The translations under genes and the position numbers were made by a program. Below, piece after piece: positions 34,742-35,931 of a DNA stretch of 35,931 nt. The notes under the pieces are model-generated. The model did not search any database, was not told the origin of the DNA, and saw only the letters and a program-made list of their open reading frames with translations. The DNA is taken from contig JAUVTI010000003.1 of assembly GCA_030601605.1 (NCBI GenBank), positions 1-35,931 on the forward strand, given 5' to 3'. Positions within the stretch are counted from its first letter, which is position 1. Each line of letters opens with the position of its first letter. The stretch comes from Gemmatimonadales bacterium (GTDB lineage Bacteria; Gemmatimonadota; Gemmatimonadetes; Gemmatimonadales; GWC2-71-9).

Positions 34742-35931
34742 ATGGTTCATACCGCACTCGCCCGGAAGTACCGACCCACCCGATTTTCGGATCTCGTCGC
34801 GCAAGCCCACGTGGCTGCGGGGCTCACTGGCGCGGTCGCCAAGAACAGGGTTGCGCACGCCTATCTGCTGACCGGCCCGCGCGGAGTCGGCAAGACCAGC
34901 GCGGCGCGAATCCTGGCGATGGCCCTCAACTGCGCCGCAAGAGACCGTGACGGGCCGGACGCGGGCGAGCCGTGCGGCAAGTGCGAGTCCTGCCGACGCA
35001 TCTGGTCCGGGTCCGCCAACCTGGACGTAGTCGAGATCGATGCTGCGAGCAACCGCGGCGTGGACGATGCCCGTGACCTGCGCGAGCGGGCGATGTATGC
35101 CGCAAGCGCGCCGGACCGGTTCAAGGTCTACATCATCGACGAGGCGCACATGCTCACGCGGGAGGCGTGGAACGCGCTCCTCAAGATCCTGGAGGAGCCG
35201 CCGCCCGGCGTGGTATTCGTGTTCGCCACCACCGAGCCGCAGAAGATCGCCAATACGGCCGCGCCGGTCCTGAGCCGGCTGCAGCGGTTCGACTTCCGGC
35301 GACTGGGGCCGCGCGCGATCATCGAGCGGCTGCAGTACGTGGCGGAGCAGGAGGGAGTGGAGGTCGAGAACGACGCGCTCCTGATCATCGCCCGTGTGGC
35401 GCACGGCGGCATGCGCGACGCGCTATCGATGCTGGACCAGGCGCTGGCGTTCGGAGAGGGTGCGGTGACCGCGGCCCGTGTGCGGGACGCCTTGGGGCTC
35501 ATCGACGACGAGCTCTACGCCGAGCTGTTGGACATGGTAGCCGAGCGGCGCACGCAGGACGTGTTCCCGTTCGTGGGGCGCCTGGTGGAGGGTGGCGCCG
35601 ACCTCGTGGAGTTCGTGGGCGGTGCGGGAGAGGCGTGGCGGGCGCTCCTGGTGCGCATCCTGGGTGGTGAGCCCGAGGGGCTCACCGAAGCGCTGCGGCA
35701 GGCCATCGAGCGCCGCGCCGACGAGTACAGTGAGGGAGACGTCCTGCGCGTGCTCAAACTGCTGCGCGACGCCGAGGGTGCGATCCGCCGCAGCCCGCAC
35801 GCGCGGTTGCACGTGGAAACACTGCTGCTGCAGTGGACGCTGCTCGACCGAACGGTGGCGCTGGAGGAGGTGATGGCGGCCCTCGGAAGCGGCGACCCGG
35901 CGGCCGAGACGGGGGGCGGCTCCGCGGCCGC
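34742..35931 (+). CDS. dnaX: DNA polymerase III subunit gamma/tau (5' part, runs off window)
   Basis: Not in the ORF track because it has no stop inside the window. Manual translation: MVHTALARKYRPTRFSDL..AHAYLLTGPRGVGKTS..PCGKCESC..EIDAASNRGVDD..KVYIIDEAHML..NALLKILEEPP. Confidence 0.97.
   Translation, partial: MVHTALARKYRPTRFSDLVAQAHVAAGLTGAVAKNRVAHAYLLTGPRGVGKTSAARILAMALNCAARDRDGPDAGEPCGKCESCRRIWSGSANLDVVEIDAASNRGVDDARDLRERAMYAASAPDRFKVYIIDEAHMLTREAWNALLKILEEPPPGVVFVFATTEPQKIANTAAPVLSRLQRFDFRRLGPRAIIERLQYVAEQEGVEVENDALLIIARVAHGGMRDALSMLDQALAFGEGAVTAARVRDALGLIDDELYAELLDMVAERRTQDVFPFVGRLVEGGADLVEFVGGAGEAWRALLVRILGGEPEGLTEALRQAIERRADEYSEGDVLRVLKLLRDAEGAIRRSPHARLHVETLLLQWTLLDRTVALEEVMAALGSGDPAAETGGGSAA

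Noticed and set aside
34742-35931. dnaX programmed frameshift site
   Set aside because: No A-AAA-AAG or poly-A slippery run in the visible portion. The relevant region may lie beyond the window.

Overview
High-GC bacterial chromosome window. Gene content and order suggest Gemmatimonadota, but that is inference only. It holds about 29 protein genes and one SRP RNA, with no mobile elements, rRNA, tRNA or CRISPR. Left to right: partial class I fructose-bisphosphate aldolase and ggt (minus), divergent from murQ-anmK. Next is a four-gene Ser/Thr phospho-signalling operon on the minus strand (zinc-ribbon/double-FHA protein, Hanks kinase, PP2C phosphatase, FHA-TM-coiled-coil-trypsin protease). It shares back-to-back promoters with an N-acetylmuramoyl-L-alanine amidase, followed by a TPR/GWxTD-like protein and a second kinase ending in PEGA and TonB-C-like domains. 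Then come gamma-CA, class II ribonucleotide reductase, two small hypotheticals plus DUF819, ispG, a TonB-dependent receptor plus lipoprotein, cobB-pyk-MBL hydrolase, ytxH-yihY-ltaE, trkA-trkH, SRP RNA and partial dnaX. The best candidate for an undescribed system is the ~13.5 kb block (2189-15735) placing a complete kinase/phosphatase/FHA/protease circuit between peptidoglycan cleavage and recycling genes. Smaller oddities: an SRP RNA with a 5-nt GUGAA apical loop, G-rich heptamer repeats, an EF-hand-like loop in the TonB receptor, and probable leaderless genes. All domain calls come from motif recognition by eye; no searches were run.
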